Below, in pieces: positions 1-9,665 of a stretch of 64,000 bases of DNA; position 1 is the first letter of the stretch; every line of letters begins with the position of its first letter. Under the pieces are notes generated by a model. That model worked only from the letters and a program-made list of their open reading frames with translations. It was not told the DNA's origin and made no database searches. The DNA lies in contig CBDUQR010000001.1 in assembly GCA_965369655.1 (NCBI GenBank), forward strand, positions 128,001-192,000. Direction: 5' to 3'. Source of the DNA: an uncultured bacterium. GTDB lineage: Bacteria > Zixibacteria > MSB-5A5 > JAABVY01 > JAHJOQ01. Made by a program: the position numbers and the translations under genes.

Positions 1-84
1 CTTCCGGGCGGCCGAGCCGACAACCGGGAAAGGTACTGCTTGTGAGTCGGAAGCTTTGATTTCTTTCTTCTGCGAGGCAAGAAA

Positions 85-579
85 TCACCATATCACGTTA
101 TTGAATGGACGAGTGCCATACGGACGGTAATATCTCCCCTGCCCGCCATAGACACCCGGAACAGTCTCATAGCTTATCAACAGATGGAACTTTTCGGATG
201 GCTGATAGAGCAACCTGACGTTGGGAAGTATCGAACCGTAGTCTTTCGTTCCGCGGCTGTCTCCCCAGAGCACCTGAGACGGCTGATGCAACCAACCGAG
301 AGTCACATCCACGCTCAGAGAATTCGACAGGCTGTATCGCATCGAGTTCATGTAGAGACCAATTGTTTCGCCATGGCCACCGTACGAAAAATAACTGACT
401 GAGTAGGAATGGTTCATCGAGAACCGGTTAGGATCGAGCAGGGAAAACCTGCTGTCGAAGCTACCCGCACCGATACCCATCGCCGAATTCTCATTCGCAT
501 CCCTGTTCAGCATAGTATCAGCACTGAGCGTTGCAGCCATTGCCATAACGCATACAATCACTGTCAAAAAACGTCTCAT
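85..579 (-). CDS. Hypothetical exported protein
   Basis: 164-aa ORF with signal-peptide-like N-terminus (MRRFLTVIVCVMAMAATLSA), preceded by GGAGG; beta-strand-like, aromatic-rich mature part. Confidence 0.75.
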   Translation of the reverse strand: MRRFLTVIVCVMAMAATLSADTMLNRDANENSAMGIGAGSFDSRFSLLDPNRFSMNHSYSVSYFSYGGHGETIGLYMNSMRYSLSNSLSVDVTLGWLHQPSQVLWGDSRGTKDYGSILPNVRLLYQPSEKFHLLISYETVPGVYGGQGRYYRPYGTRPFNNVIW

Positions 580-637
580 ATCGTGCCTAACCTCCGGAGA
601 TTTGCCGGATAAAAGGAACCGTATTGTTCATGTCGTG

Positions 638-1393
638 TCAAGATAAAACCCTTTGTCCCATAATGGACTCGGCCTGCGCTAACTCATCAGGTGAGTTCAC
701 ACCGACAGTTTCACGATAGTCCTCGGCGCAATAAGCGGCTGTCGGAAGTCCCTGCTGCATGAAGACCTGCATGACATCCGTCAGATAATACTCTCCCTGG
801 CTGTTATCATTATCGACACTGCGCAATGCCTCAAACAGCGGCTTCGTCCGAAATATAAACGTTCCAGTGTTGATTTCGTCAATTTTCCGCTCGTCGTCAG
901 AGGCATCTTTATGTTCTACGATTTTCCGAACCATCGAGTTCCCATCCCGGATGATTCTGCCATAGCCTGTCGGATCCGGGAGTTTCGCGGTCAGCACGGT
1001 CGCGGTGGCGCCGGTTTCTCTGTGTACGTCGATCATCTTCGCGACAGTCGAACTGCGGAGAAGCGGAACATCTCCCGCCAGGACGATCGTGTCGCCCTCA
1101 AATCCAGTCAGTTCCCGCTCTGCTATCTGAACAGCATGGCCGGTTCCAAGCTGCTTTTCCTGGAGAACGAATGTCACTCCGGGGCGAGCGATCGCTTTTT
1201 CCACCTTCCCGGCCTTGTATCCGACGACGACGACAGTTTTCGAGACCGACAGTTCGGACAGCGTATCCAGCACATGCTCCACCAGCGGCTTGCCGGCAAG
1301 CACATGCAGGACCTTGGGGAGGTCTGATTTCATTCGCTCGCCTTTGCCCGCAGCGAGGACAATGGCAGCCAGTTTTTCGGGATTATCAGTCAT
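638..1393 (-). CDS. Sugar-phosphate nucleotidyltransferase (GlmU N-terminal uridyltransferase domain only)
   Basis: LAAGKGERMKSDLPKVLH, QLGTGHAV, GDVPLL, GYGRIIR, EINTG, EYYLTD motifs; 251 aa, no C-terminal hexapeptide acetyltransferase domain. Confidence 0.9.
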   Translation of the reverse strand: MTDNPEKLAAIVLAAGKGERMKSDLPKVLHVLAGKPLVEHVLDTLSELSVSKTVVVVGYKAGKVEKAIARPGVTFVLQEKQLGTGHAVQIAERELTGFEGDTIVLAGDVPLLRSSTVAKMIDVHRETGATATVLTAKLPDPTGYGRIIRDGNSMVRKIVEHKDASDDERKIDEINTGTFIFRTKPLFEALRSVDNDNSQGEYYLTDVMQVFMQQGLPTAAYCAEDYRETVGVNSPDELAQAESIMGQRVLS

Positions 1394-1751
1394 CTATGAT
1401 CTTGTTATTGCTATCGACATGAACGATTCGAGGCTTGAAGCCTTTCGCTTCGTCATGCGGCATTATAGAATATGCTATAATGATAACTTTGTCGCCGATG
1501 GAGCCAAGTCTCGCTGCCGCTCCGTTGAGGCATATTGTGCCGGAGTCACGTTCACCTCGAATCACGTAAGTCTCTATCCTGCTGCCTGTACTAAGATTGA
1601 GCACCTGAACCTTTTCGTACTCCAAAAGTCCGGAAGCATCTACAAGGGTCCCGTCGATTGTGATCGAGCCCTCGTATTCGAGATTCGCCTCGGTTACGGT
1701 GGCGCGATGAATCTTCGCGCGACACATGTGCAGGAAATTCGATTCGTTCAT
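1386..1751 (-). CDS. panD: Aspartate 1-decarboxylase
   Basis: KIHRATVT, YEGSITID self-cleavage site, ICLNGAAAR; in pan operon. Confidence 0.97.
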   Translation of the reverse strand: MNESNFLHMCRAKIHRATVTEANLEYEGSITIDGTLVDASGLLEYEKVQVLNLSTGSRIETYVIRGERDSGTICLNGAAARLGSIGDKVIIIAYSIMPHDEAKGFKPRIVHVDSNNKIIDD

Positions 1752-1755
1752 ATTC

Positions 1756-2616
1756 TCAGCCTCGCGATTTACTCGCGGCTACCACAATATTGTCAATCAA
1801 TCTGACGCCGTCAAGCCTCACAGCCAAAGAAATCAGCGCTTTGCCGATAATTCTGTCGAGATCATCCAGAGTCGCGGCGTCATTGATCGATATGTACTCT
1901 ATCTCAATGCCTTTCGTACGCCTTATCGGTTCTCTAACCGCCGCAGCTACTTTCCTTGCGTCCAACTCGCCAGACTGGACAAGTTCTCGCCCATTCCTGA
2001 GCCCACGATAAATACATGATGCACGGTCGAGTTGTTCCGTGTTAAAATAGCGATTTCTCGATGACATGGCCAAGCCCGATTTCTCCCGCATGGTTAGAGC
2101 TACAGCAATCTTTACGGGTATATTCAGATCCCGCACCATCCGTTTAATCACAACCGCTTGCTGGGCATCCTTTTGCCCGAAAACTGCCACATCAGGCGTG
2201 ACAGCATTCAGCAGTTTTGCCACGATTGTCGTCACACCCCTGAAATGCGTCGGCCTGAACCTGCCATCGAGCTTCCGAGTGATTCCCTCAGTCTCGACCC
2301 AGGTCATGTAGCCGGGCGGATACATCTCGTCACCAGAAGGCATAAACAAGTATTCGACATCGAGGTTCCTGAGCATCCTTCTGTCGGCACTCAGCGGTCG
2401 CGGATAATTCGCAAGGTCTTCCGATGGTCCGAACTGAGTCGGATTGACGAATATCGAGACTACGACAATATCGGTCAGATTCCTCGCTTTGCGCACGAGC
2501 GACAGATGGCCCTCATGAAGCGCGCCCATTGTCGGGACGAGACCAATCCTGCGTCCCAGCCGCTTTTCAGCCCTGGCCGTCTTCTGCATCGATTTCACTG
2601 TCTTGATTGTCTTCAT
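1756..2616 (-). CDS. panC: Pantoate--beta-alanine ligase
   Basis: VPTMGALHEGH, FVNPTQF, FGQKDAQQ, GLAMSSRN, RLIDN. Confidence 0.97.
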   Translation of the reverse strand: MKTIKTVKSMQKTARAEKRLGRRIGLVPTMGALHEGHLSLVRKARNLTDIVVVSIFVNPTQFGPSEDLANYPRPLSADRRMLRNLDVEYLFMPSGDEMYPPGYMTWVETEGITRKLDGRFRPTHFRGVTTIVAKLLNAVTPDVAVFGQKDAQQAVVIKRMVRDLNIPVKIAVALTMREKSGLAMSSRNRYFNTEQLDRASCIYRGLRNGRELVQSGELDARKVAAAVREPIRRTKGIEIEYISINDAATLDDLDRIIGKALISLAVRLDGVRLIDNIVVAASKSRG

Positions 2617-2688
2617 CAGTCTGCGGCGTAATGGTTTTTTCCTGAGTGGATCAATCCGCCCCGTCAGTGCGACTCAATCGCGTCATGC

Positions 2689-3498
2689 TCAATATGTTTC
2701 GTCTTTCGACGGGTAGTCCCCGGACACGACATCAGAGATGAATTTCTCGCCGACCTCCCTGATCTTTCCGGCAAGGTCGAAGTACTTGCGAACAAACTTT
2801 GCGTCGAACGTCTCGTCGAGACCCATGATGTCGTTTATCACCATGATCTGGCCGTCGACGTTCTTTCCGGCGCCAATGCCGATCGTGGGGATCGTCAGGA
2901 GTTTTGTAATCTCCTCGGCGACATCCGGTTTCATCGCTTCGAGGACGATAGCGAACGAGCCGGAATCCTGCAAAGCCTGCGCGGAATCCATCAGGTATTC
3001 TCGCGACACGTCATCGCAGCCCTGCACCCGATACCCTCCGAATCTGTGTATCGACTGTGGCGTCAGGCCAATGTGACCCATGACCGGAATACCGACTTCC
3101 ACGAGCCGCCTGACCGTAGCCGCCATCTCGATGCCGCCCTCCAGCTTCACACCCTGCGCTCCCGCCTCCTTCAGATATCTGCCGGCATTGGCGATCGCTT
3201 CGGATGTCGACTGCTGGTAAGTAAGAAACGGCATGTCGCCGATGACGACCGCTCTCCGGGCAGCCCTTGCCACAGCTTCAGTGTGATAGAGACTCTGCTC
3301 CAGGGTCAGCGACAGCGTATCTTTCCTGCCGTAAAACACCATGTTCAAGCTGTCGCCGACGAGCAGCCCATCGACTCCGGAAGCATCGAGGTGCATGGCG
3401 GTGAAATAATCGTAAGCCGTCAGCCAGACCTGCTTCTTGCCATCTCGCTTCTTCTTGCCGATGTCTCTTATCGAGCATTTTTTCGTACGCATCATCAT
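2689..3498 (-). CDS. panB: 3-methyl-2-oxobutanoate hydroxymethyltransferase
   Basis: LTAYD, LLVGDSL, DMPF, VKLEGG, GHIGLTPQ, IGIGAG, DGQ. Confidence 0.97.
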   Translation of the reverse strand: MMMRTKKCSIRDIGKKKRDGKKQVWLTAYDYFTAMHLDASGVDGLLVGDSLNMVFYGRKDTLSLTLEQSLYHTEAVARAARRAVVIGDMPFLTYQQSTSEAIANAGRYLKEAGAQGVKLEGGIEMAATVRRLVEVGIPVMGHIGLTPQSIHRFGGYRVQGCDDVSREYLMDSAQALQDSGSFAIVLEAMKPDVAEEITKLLTIPTIGIGAGKNVDGQIMVINDIMGLDETFDAKFVRKYFDLAGKIREVGEKFISDVVSGDYPSKDETY

Positions 3499-3500
3499 GA

Positions 3501-4145
3501 CTACAAAAACGATCTCCCCGGCGGAACGTAATAGTGCGTGCCCTTAATCGGTTTCTGAATCTGAGCCAGAAGATCCTCAAAATCCTCTTTGTTCTCGACA
3601 AAGTCAATCTCATCGGTCTTGACGACCAGCAGCGGTCCTTTGTCGTAGTTGAAAAAATAGAAATTGTATGCCTCGTTCAGTTCATCGAGATATCTGACAT
3701 CGATATTCCTCTCGTACGGGACGCCTCTCTTCCGAATGCGAGCGAGCAGGTTTTCCGTCGATGCCTGCAAATATATCACCAGATCGGGTTTCGGCAGCGT
3801 ACGCGAAATCAACTCGGCAATCTTGTCGTACAGATACATTTCATTCTCATCGAGATTGATCTGCGCAAACAGCCTGTCCTTGTCGAATGTGTAATCCGTC
3901 ACGATTCTCTGCATGAAAAGGTCGTGCGACACGAGTTTCATCTGCTGCTGATATCGCGCCACCAGGAAATAGAGCTGCGTTTGCAGGGCGTATTTCGAAC
4001 GATTCTTATAGAAGTCAGAAAGGAATGGATTCTCATCCGACTTCTCCAGGACAAGGTGCGCTGACAGATTCTCTGCCAGAATCCTGGAGAAACTGGTCTT
4101 CCCGACGCCGATCGGACCATCTACAGCCAGATACCGGTGATCCAC
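3501..4145 (-). CDS. Deoxynucleoside kinase
   Basis: P-loop DGPIGVGKT, PKPDLVIYLQA, RIRKRG lid; start moved to GTG at 4145 just after the folK stop. Confidence 0.9.
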   Translation of the reverse strand: MDHRYLAVDGPIGVGKTSFSRILAENLSAHLVLEKSDENPFLSDFYKNRSKYALQTQLYFLVARYQQQMKLVSHDLFMQRIVTDYTFDKDRLFAQINLDENEMYLYDKIAELISRTLPKPDLVIYLQASTENLLARIRKRGVPYERNIDVRYLDELNEAYNFYFFNYDKGPLLVVKTDEIDFVENKEDFEDLLAQIQKPIKGTHYYVPPGRSFL

Positions 4146-4147
4146 AG

Positions 4148-4675
4148 TCAGACGACCTCGTCGAGCTCGATCTTTTCCTCGAGCTTCAACACCCTCTTCG
4201 CTCCGGTTACTTTTTCGAGCGCCTCTCGGATCGAAACGCAGGCCGTCTCGACACACAATTCCGGCGCAATGTCGTACAGGGGTCGAAGGGCGAATTCCCT
4301 GTCGAGCAGCCGGGGATGGGGAATCTGGAGCCTGTACTCGTTTACGAAGCGATCGCCATAGAGCAGGATGTCTATGTCGATAATGCGAGGTCCTCTGTGA
4401 ACACTCTCGGACCGGCCCATCTCACGCTCAATCTTCATGCAAGCTTCCAGCAAACGCATCGGAGAAAGATCCGTCGCGATTCCTACAACCATGTTGTAGA
4501 AATCCTCCTGAGCGACATAACCGACCGGCTCTGTCTGGTAGATGGGTGAAATCTCTTCGATCTCGATCTGTTCGGTACCGGACAGCTTTCCTACAGCTTT
4601 GCGAAGATAAGCCATCCTGTCACCGATATTGGAACCGAGACCAAGGTAGGCCTTAATCTCTTTCATGTTTGACAA
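4148..4675 (-). CDS. folK: 2-amino-4-hydroxy-6-hydroxymethyldihydropteridine diphosphokinase
   Basis: AYLGLGSNIGD, GPRIIDIDIL, IPHPRL, REFALRPL. Confidence 0.96.
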   Translation of the reverse strand: MSNMKEIKAYLGLGSNIGDRMAYLRKAVGKLSGTEQIEIEEISPIYQTEPVGYVAQEDFYNMVVGIATDLSPMRLLEACMKIEREMGRSESVHRGPRIIDIDILLYGDRFVNEYRLQIPHPRLLDREFALRPLYDIAPELCVETACVSIREALEKVTGAKRVLKLEEKIELDEVV

Positions 4676-4708
4676 TAAACGTCCTTTGATCCGAATGTCA
4701 AGGAGTTG

Positions 4709-5065
4709 TCAGGGGCGATGAATCTCGACTTCGATGTGATCGAGATTCCCCGGAATCGGCGGAATCTTCTTTCTCACCCTTATGACGACAGTCTCTACGT
4801 GGAACCTGGCAAGGATAGCCTTTGCTAGTCTCTCCGATATGGTTTCGAGCAGCGAAAAATGCTCTCTGGAGAGTATCTCTTCGACAGTCTGATAGACCTG
4901 TGTATAATTGACCGTATCAGTCAGGCGGTCGCTGTTGGCGGCCGGGCGCACATCGACATGCAGCTCCACATCGACCTCGAATCGTCTGCCGGTCTCCTTC
5001 TCGGCCGGTGAGACGCCGTGGTAGCCGTAGAACATCATGTTGTGAAGCCGGATTACGTCACTCAT
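4709..5065 (-). CDS. folB: Dihydroneopterin aldolase
   Basis: MSDVIRLHNMMFYGYHGV..EKETG, DTVNY, LLET; start moved to ATG at 5065 overlapping the upstream stop. Confidence 0.95.
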   Translation of the reverse strand: MSDVIRLHNMMFYGYHGVSPAEKETGRRFEVDVELHVDVRPAANSDRLTDTVNYTQVYQTVEEILSREHFSLLETISERLAKAILARFHVETVVIRVRKKIPPIPGNLDHIEVEIHRP

Positions 5066-6278
5066 CTTGCTGTTCCTGCTTCCTCCGGTATCGCTTCTGG
5101 TAGAACTTCGAATGATCCATGATACGCCCCGCGGCTTTGTCGATCTGCCTTGATTCCGCCGCAAGCGAAATCCGCATATAACCCTCGCCTTTTTCTCCGA
5201 ACGCTATTCCGGGAAGAGTCACAACGCCGGTGCGCTTCAGGAGCATCCTGCAGAAATTCAGCGACAGCCTCCTGCGGGGGAGGCGAATCCATGCAAACGG
5301 GGTAGCATGAGATGGCTGTATCTCCCACCCGAGAGGTCCGATGGCGGTCTCGAATCGACGCCTGCTGTCACCGAGGAATTCAGATACCGAATCGGTGATA
5401 TCGTCGGTGTGATCCATGAGCCTGTTGGCGACCTGCAGATCGTAACCTGACGGGCGGCTGTTGAATGTCTCCAGCATCTTGCGCAACGGTGAAATGAATT
5501 CCTTGCAGCCGACAGCGAATCCAAGCTTCAACATCGGCACGTTGAAAATAAACGAGAAAGTGAAAAGCTCAATGGCGGTGTACCGCGCTCCGGGGAGCGC
5601 CACCAGAGATGGGTGAGTGTGCCGCTGCCATGTATGGGTGTTGTATACCGCGTCGGATATTATCAAAATATTGTTTTTCCTGGCAAACCGAATCAGCCTG
5701 CCGTAAAACGCCTCATCCGCCACCGCCGATGTCGGGTTGTGAGGATAGTTGATCAGGATCGCCTTGCTCAGTTTTCGGCGTGTGCCACCGATCATGTCGA
5801 GATTGGGAAGAAAGTCGGTCCTTGCCGACAATTCATAGGTCTCAATCTCCGCCCCCGCTGAATATGCCGATGATCTGTAGAGCGAATAGGCCGGATCGGG
5901 GAGGAACACCTTGTCGCCTCGGTTGACTAACGCCTGGAATACATAGTAAACACCGGGAGTATTCCCGGTCGTCAGTATTACCTCCTTATCCGGATCGAGT
6001 TTGACGTCAAATCTCGATTGCATCCACGCCGCGATTTTCTCCCGAAGCCTGCTATCGATGGATTTCCCGGTTGCGCTGTCGATCGGCCTCAGCGCATCAA
6101 TATCTCCGGCGAGTCTCGCAACAACTTCCGGTATGGGTGGAGCGATCTTTCCCAGATCGATCACCTCGATGCCTCTTTGCGCCAGTCTTTTCTTGATGCC
6201 GTCAAATTCCGAACCTATCGGCGCGGGCAATTGGCCGACAATATCAGATGATTCAATTATGATCTTCTTGAGAGGCAA
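5058..6278 (-). CDS. Class I/II aminotransferase-fold protein (LL-DAP aminotransferase-like), PLP lysine apparently replaced
   Basis: PDPAY, NYPHNPT, ISDAVY, PGIAFG..GEGYMRIS motifs; the usual SxSK motif reads TFSF; GAGGAG RBS before TTG start. Confidence 0.85.
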   Translation of the reverse strand: MPLKKIIIESSDIVGQLPAPIGSEFDGIKKRLAQRGIEVIDLGKIAPPIPEVVARLAGDIDALRPIDSATGKSIDSRLREKIAAWMQSRFDVKLDPDKEVILTTGNTPGVYYVFQALVNRGDKVFLPDPAYSLYRSSAYSAGAEIETYELSARTDFLPNLDMIGGTRRKLSKAILINYPHNPTSAVADEAFYGRLIRFARKNNILIISDAVYNTHTWQRHTHPSLVALPGARYTAIELFTFSFIFNVPMLKLGFAVGCKEFISPLRKMLETFNSRPSGYDLQVANRLMDHTDDITDSVSEFLGDSRRRFETAIGPLGWEIQPSHATPFAWIRLPRRRLSLNFCRMLLKRTGVVTLPGIAFGEKGEGYMRISLAAESRQIDKAAGRIMDHSKFYQKRYRRKQEQQDE

Positions 6279-6622
6279 TCAACTACTCCTCTTTGCAAGA
6301 CTTGCAAAATATAGGTTGTTTCGACAGGTCTTGGCGACGACGGAGTCGTCGGTGTGACCTGGCGATCTTCTGCATTCTGTTGATTGACATAGGTTCTATC
6401 TATCGGCAGTTCACACGCTCGCCTTCGGCGAACGCAAGAACTGCCGAAACAGGTACTTATGAGACAATCTTTTTTCTTCTACCATACTCTTGCGTAATAC
6501 GAACGGTGATTCCACGCGCACAATCAAACCGGCACGCCGACCTTTGTCAAGCTGTTTGCCCCGATTGCCCGCAATCAGATTTGGCTTGCGAAGCGGAAAG
6601 CTATTCGCATCTTTCTGATAAC

Positions 6623-7636
6623 ATGTTGCATTTCACAAGAATGATCACAGCGCTCGCTCTCTTGACAGTTGCGGCAGTCTGCATCAACACAGCCTGCTCG
6701 AATGAGCAGGATGTCATCAGGGACCGTCCCAGACAGACCCAGATATGGAATTACCCCGATGATTTCAAGCCGTCTCACATCACTACTGACGATGACGGGA
6801 ATCTCTGGGGACTGTTCGTCTCACGGAGGTTCTCAGGCAAGGAGAGCTTCTGGGCGGTGCGATCTATAGCGGATAGTGAATGGAGCGACCCGATACTACT
6901 GATGAACGCGTATCACTTCACTGAGTTGAAGTTTGAAATTGCCAAAGGTCTGCTTCGCCTGACATTTATCGAGATCGACGAGGATTACTTCTACGACTAC
7001 GATAGCTATCTCGATAGAGCGCCGGAATTCCCCGATACTGTCGTCGTCGAGTTGCGCCTTGACGATCTTACGAGAGACAGAGACAGGGACGGCCTTCCCG
7101 ACTTGCTGGAACGCGAGATGCTGCTGTCGAGCAGGCTGCCGGACAGCGATGCCGACGGCAAGCGGGACGATGTCGATTTCTGTCCGCTTGGCGTTCCAAC
7201 ATCAGGAAACAACAGACTCGATATTTACAGGACTGCTCTGGTTCACCTGATGCAGCTTGATGACATCAGCAACCTCAGCCCGGTAAAAGACACAGCCTGG
7301 ACCAGGTTCTACGGCACTTACTATATCGATGAGCCAACAATCGTCTACGTGGCATTTCCCGGAGAACCGGTGCTCCCGGAATTGATCGATCTGCCAATCG
7401 TTCTCATTCAGGTCAGAACGCCGATGTATTTCGGCAGCAAGCCACAATACGGATCATTCACGGGAGGAATCGTGCCGCACCTGATCTTCTACAGGCCGGA
7501 AACAGACATCTTCGGGAAAAGCGCGACGATGAAGCTGGAACTTATCAAGCGTGTGCACAGGCGCGAATCGGCTACGATGCACTTCGCGAAAAGTGGCGAA
7601 CAATGGGTCGTGACACAGGTAACACAGGATGACTGA
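6623..7636 (+). CDS. Hypothetical lipoprotein with Ca-binding DxDxDG repeats
   Basis: Hydrophobic signal ending INTAC (lipobox-like) from ATG 6623; DRDRDGLPD and DSDADGKRD motifs. Confidence 0.7.
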   Translation: MLHFTRMITALALLTVAAVCINTACSNEQDVIRDRPRQTQIWNYPDDFKPSHITTDDDGNLWGLFVSRRFSGKESFWAVRSIADSEWSDPILLMNAYHFTELKFEIAKGLLRLTFIEIDEDYFYDYDSYLDRAPEFPDTVVVELRLDDLTRDRDRDGLPDLLEREMLLSSRLPDSDADGKRDDVDFCPLGVPTSGNNRLDIYRTALVHLMQLDDISNLSPVKDTAWTRFYGTYYIDEPTIVYVAFPGEPVLPELIDLPIVLIQVRTPMYFGSKPQYGSFTGGIVPHLIFYRPETDIFGKSATMKLELIKRVHRRESATMHFAKSGEQWVVTQVTQDD

Positions 7637-7680
7637 CCGAACATCGATATCCGGACGACAACACAGGAGTTGACAAGACT

Positions 7681-8208
7681 ATGACGTGCAAAGCATTCAG
7701 ATATTGCCCGATGTGCCGCTCTGAGTTGACAGTTCGCGACGAGAACGGGACTAAGCGACCGATGTGCCCGGAATGCGGGTTTGTGCATTACAGGAATCCG
7801 TCACCTGCCGCAGGAGCTGTCATTTTCGACAGCGGCAGGATACTCCTTGTCAGGCGAGCACACGAGCCGTATGTCGGGAAATGGACAATCCCTGCGGGAT
7901 TCATGGAGTGGGGTGAATCGCCGGAAGAGACCACCATTCGCGAAATACTCGAGGAAACGAATCTCAGGATAGAATTGGACGGGCTTTTCCATGTCTACGC
8001 GGGTGATGACGATCCGCGCACAAAGGCAATTCTGATTCTCTATTTCGCGAGATGCACCGGAGGCAGGCTCGAGGCAGGCGATGATGCAGCCGAAGCCCGA
8101 TGGTTCTCTGAGAATGAGTTACCACCCGACGATGAGATCGCTTTCGAATCGCACCGACTCGCACTCCGCAAATTAAGGACTGAGCACGCAAAGCGTTTCA
8201 AAATATGA
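7681..8208 (+). CDS. NUDIX hydrolase with N-terminal zinc ribbon
   Basis: CPMC...CPEC; Nudix box GFMEWGESPEETTIREILEETNL. Confidence 0.92.
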   Translation: MTCKAFRYCPMCRSELTVRDENGTKRPMCPECGFVHYRNPSPAAGAVIFDSGRILLVRRAHEPYVGKWTIPAGFMEWGESPEETTIREILEETNLRIELDGLFHVYAGDDDPRTKAILILYFARCTGGRLEAGDDAAEARWFSENELPPDDEIAFESHRLALRKLRTEHAKRFKI

Positions 8209-9665
8209 AGCTCAAGAACCGGCTGTTCACAGCGCTTCTCCTGCTGGCATTCCTGCCGGTGGCGCTGATCTCCTTCATCACTCTCGAACTGGCATCCGGA
8301 AGTCTGGACCGCCTCGCCTCGCCCGGAATCGCAAATGCACTCGAGGCGGCAGATTCCATCGTCACACTGACTTTCGAGTCTATCGAATCGATGTGCGCGG
8401 ACGGCGCATCCAGAATGGCAAAGCTGCCTCATATTGATAGTGCGCTACTCGGAGATTTCGACTTTGCAATCGTAACAGACAGGGACATGACAGCATGGAT
8501 CGGCGAGGCTCCTGACTCGATAACACGGGAAAAGATATTGGATTTTCACCGGGACAGTTCTGATATCCGGCTCACCGACAGGATAATGTCTGGCGATACA
8601 TTTATCATCGTTGGAAAAGCATCGGCATACGGCGATGATCGACACCTGACGATCACCGTCGGACGAAACATGGGCAATGAGATCGCGCCTCTTTATGAAC
8701 GCCTCGGCAGGAATACTCGTAGCTTCGAGCGACTCGGTCAACTCAAGCATCCCGGAAAGAACACCCTGAGAGTATTATGGGCGGCGTTCGTCGCACTCTA
8801 CCTGCTGCTGATCCTTCTCATTTCGAGAATCACCGCGCGAAAGCTCACAATGCCGTTAGCCCGACTCGGCGAGTTAGCCGAAACAGTGGGGCGTGGTCAG
8901 TGGGATGTCCGGCTCGAATACAATCGCAACGATGAAATCGGCGCACTGACATCCGGATTCAACCGAATGTCGCAGCAACTCGGAGAGACTACGAGAAAAC
9001 TGATCGAGACGGAGAAAATTGCCGCGTGGCAGCAGACGGCTCGCGTGATCGCTCATGGGCTGAAGAACATGCTCGCTCCCATAAGGCTTGCTGTCGCGCG
9101 TCTGCCCGAATCATCTGATAAGAATGAGAGTGCCGACCTGTCACCGATGACAACTATCAATGCCGAACTGAGTCGGCTCGAAAAGGCGGCCGGAGATTTT
9201 TCCCGCTACGGCAAGCCGGTCGAGCCAAATGCCGCGATAATCGATCCGAACGTAGTCGTGAGGCAGGCGATCTCGGTAGCCGAGGGGTGCGACGTCAAGC
9301 TGGAAGTCGATCTGGATAGCAATCTTCCTTACATCAAATGCGATGGCGCACTCCTGAGAGATGCGCTGATAAACCTCGTGAAGAATGCATGCGAGGCAGT
9401 CGATCAGGATGGCTCCGTTGCGATTCAAACCCGAAGCCGCAACGACCGGGTCGAAATCGCCGTATCAGACACGGGCACGGGGATAGATCCGGAGATACGC
9501 GATCGCATCTTCGAACCGTATGTCACGACAAAATCATCCGGAACAGGACTGGGTCTGGCCATCGTAAGGAAGATAGTAGAGTCATCGGGAGGCGCCATCG
9601 AGTTGGAGACAGGCGACAGCGGAACGACTTTCACGCTCAAATTCGAGGCCGCTAATGAGAGATGA
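8205..9665 (+). CDS. Membrane sensor histidine kinase with HAMP domain (NtrY-like)
   Basis: Two TM segments, HAMP (DEIGALTSGFNRM), AWQQTARVIAHGLKN H-box, NLVKNA, DTGTGI, GTGLGL. Confidence 0.92.
   Translation: MKLKNRLFTALLLLAFLPVALISFITLELASGSLDRLASPGIANALEAADSIVTLTFESIESMCADGASRMAKLPHIDSALLGDFDFAIVTDRDMTAWIGEAPDSITREKILDFHRDSSDIRLTDRIMSGDTFIIVGKASAYGDDRHLTITVGRNMGNEIAPLYERLGRNTRSFERLGQLKHPGKNTLRVLWAAFVALYLLLILLISRITARKLTMPLARLGELAETVGRGQWDVRLEYNRNDEIGALTSGFNRMSQQLGETTRKLIETEKIAAWQQTARVIAHGLKNMLAPIRLAVARLPESSDKNESADLSPMTTINAELSRLEKAAGDFSRYGKPVEPNAAIIDPNVVVRQAISVAEGCDVKLEVDLDSNLPYIKCDGALLRDALINLVKNACEAVDQDGSVAIQTRSRNDRVEIAVSDTGTGIDPEIRDRIFEPYVTTKSSGTGLGLAIVRKIVESSGGAIELETGDSGTTFTLKFEAANER

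Noticed and set aside
2617-2688. panB-panC spacer as a regulatory RNA
   Set aside because: Only weak pairing (GCGACTCAATCGC) and no motif I can support without a covariance search
6293-6622. N-terminal 110 codons of the 447-aa ORF
   Set aside because: Overlaps the divergent promoter region; the signal peptide and lipobox begin at ATG 6623
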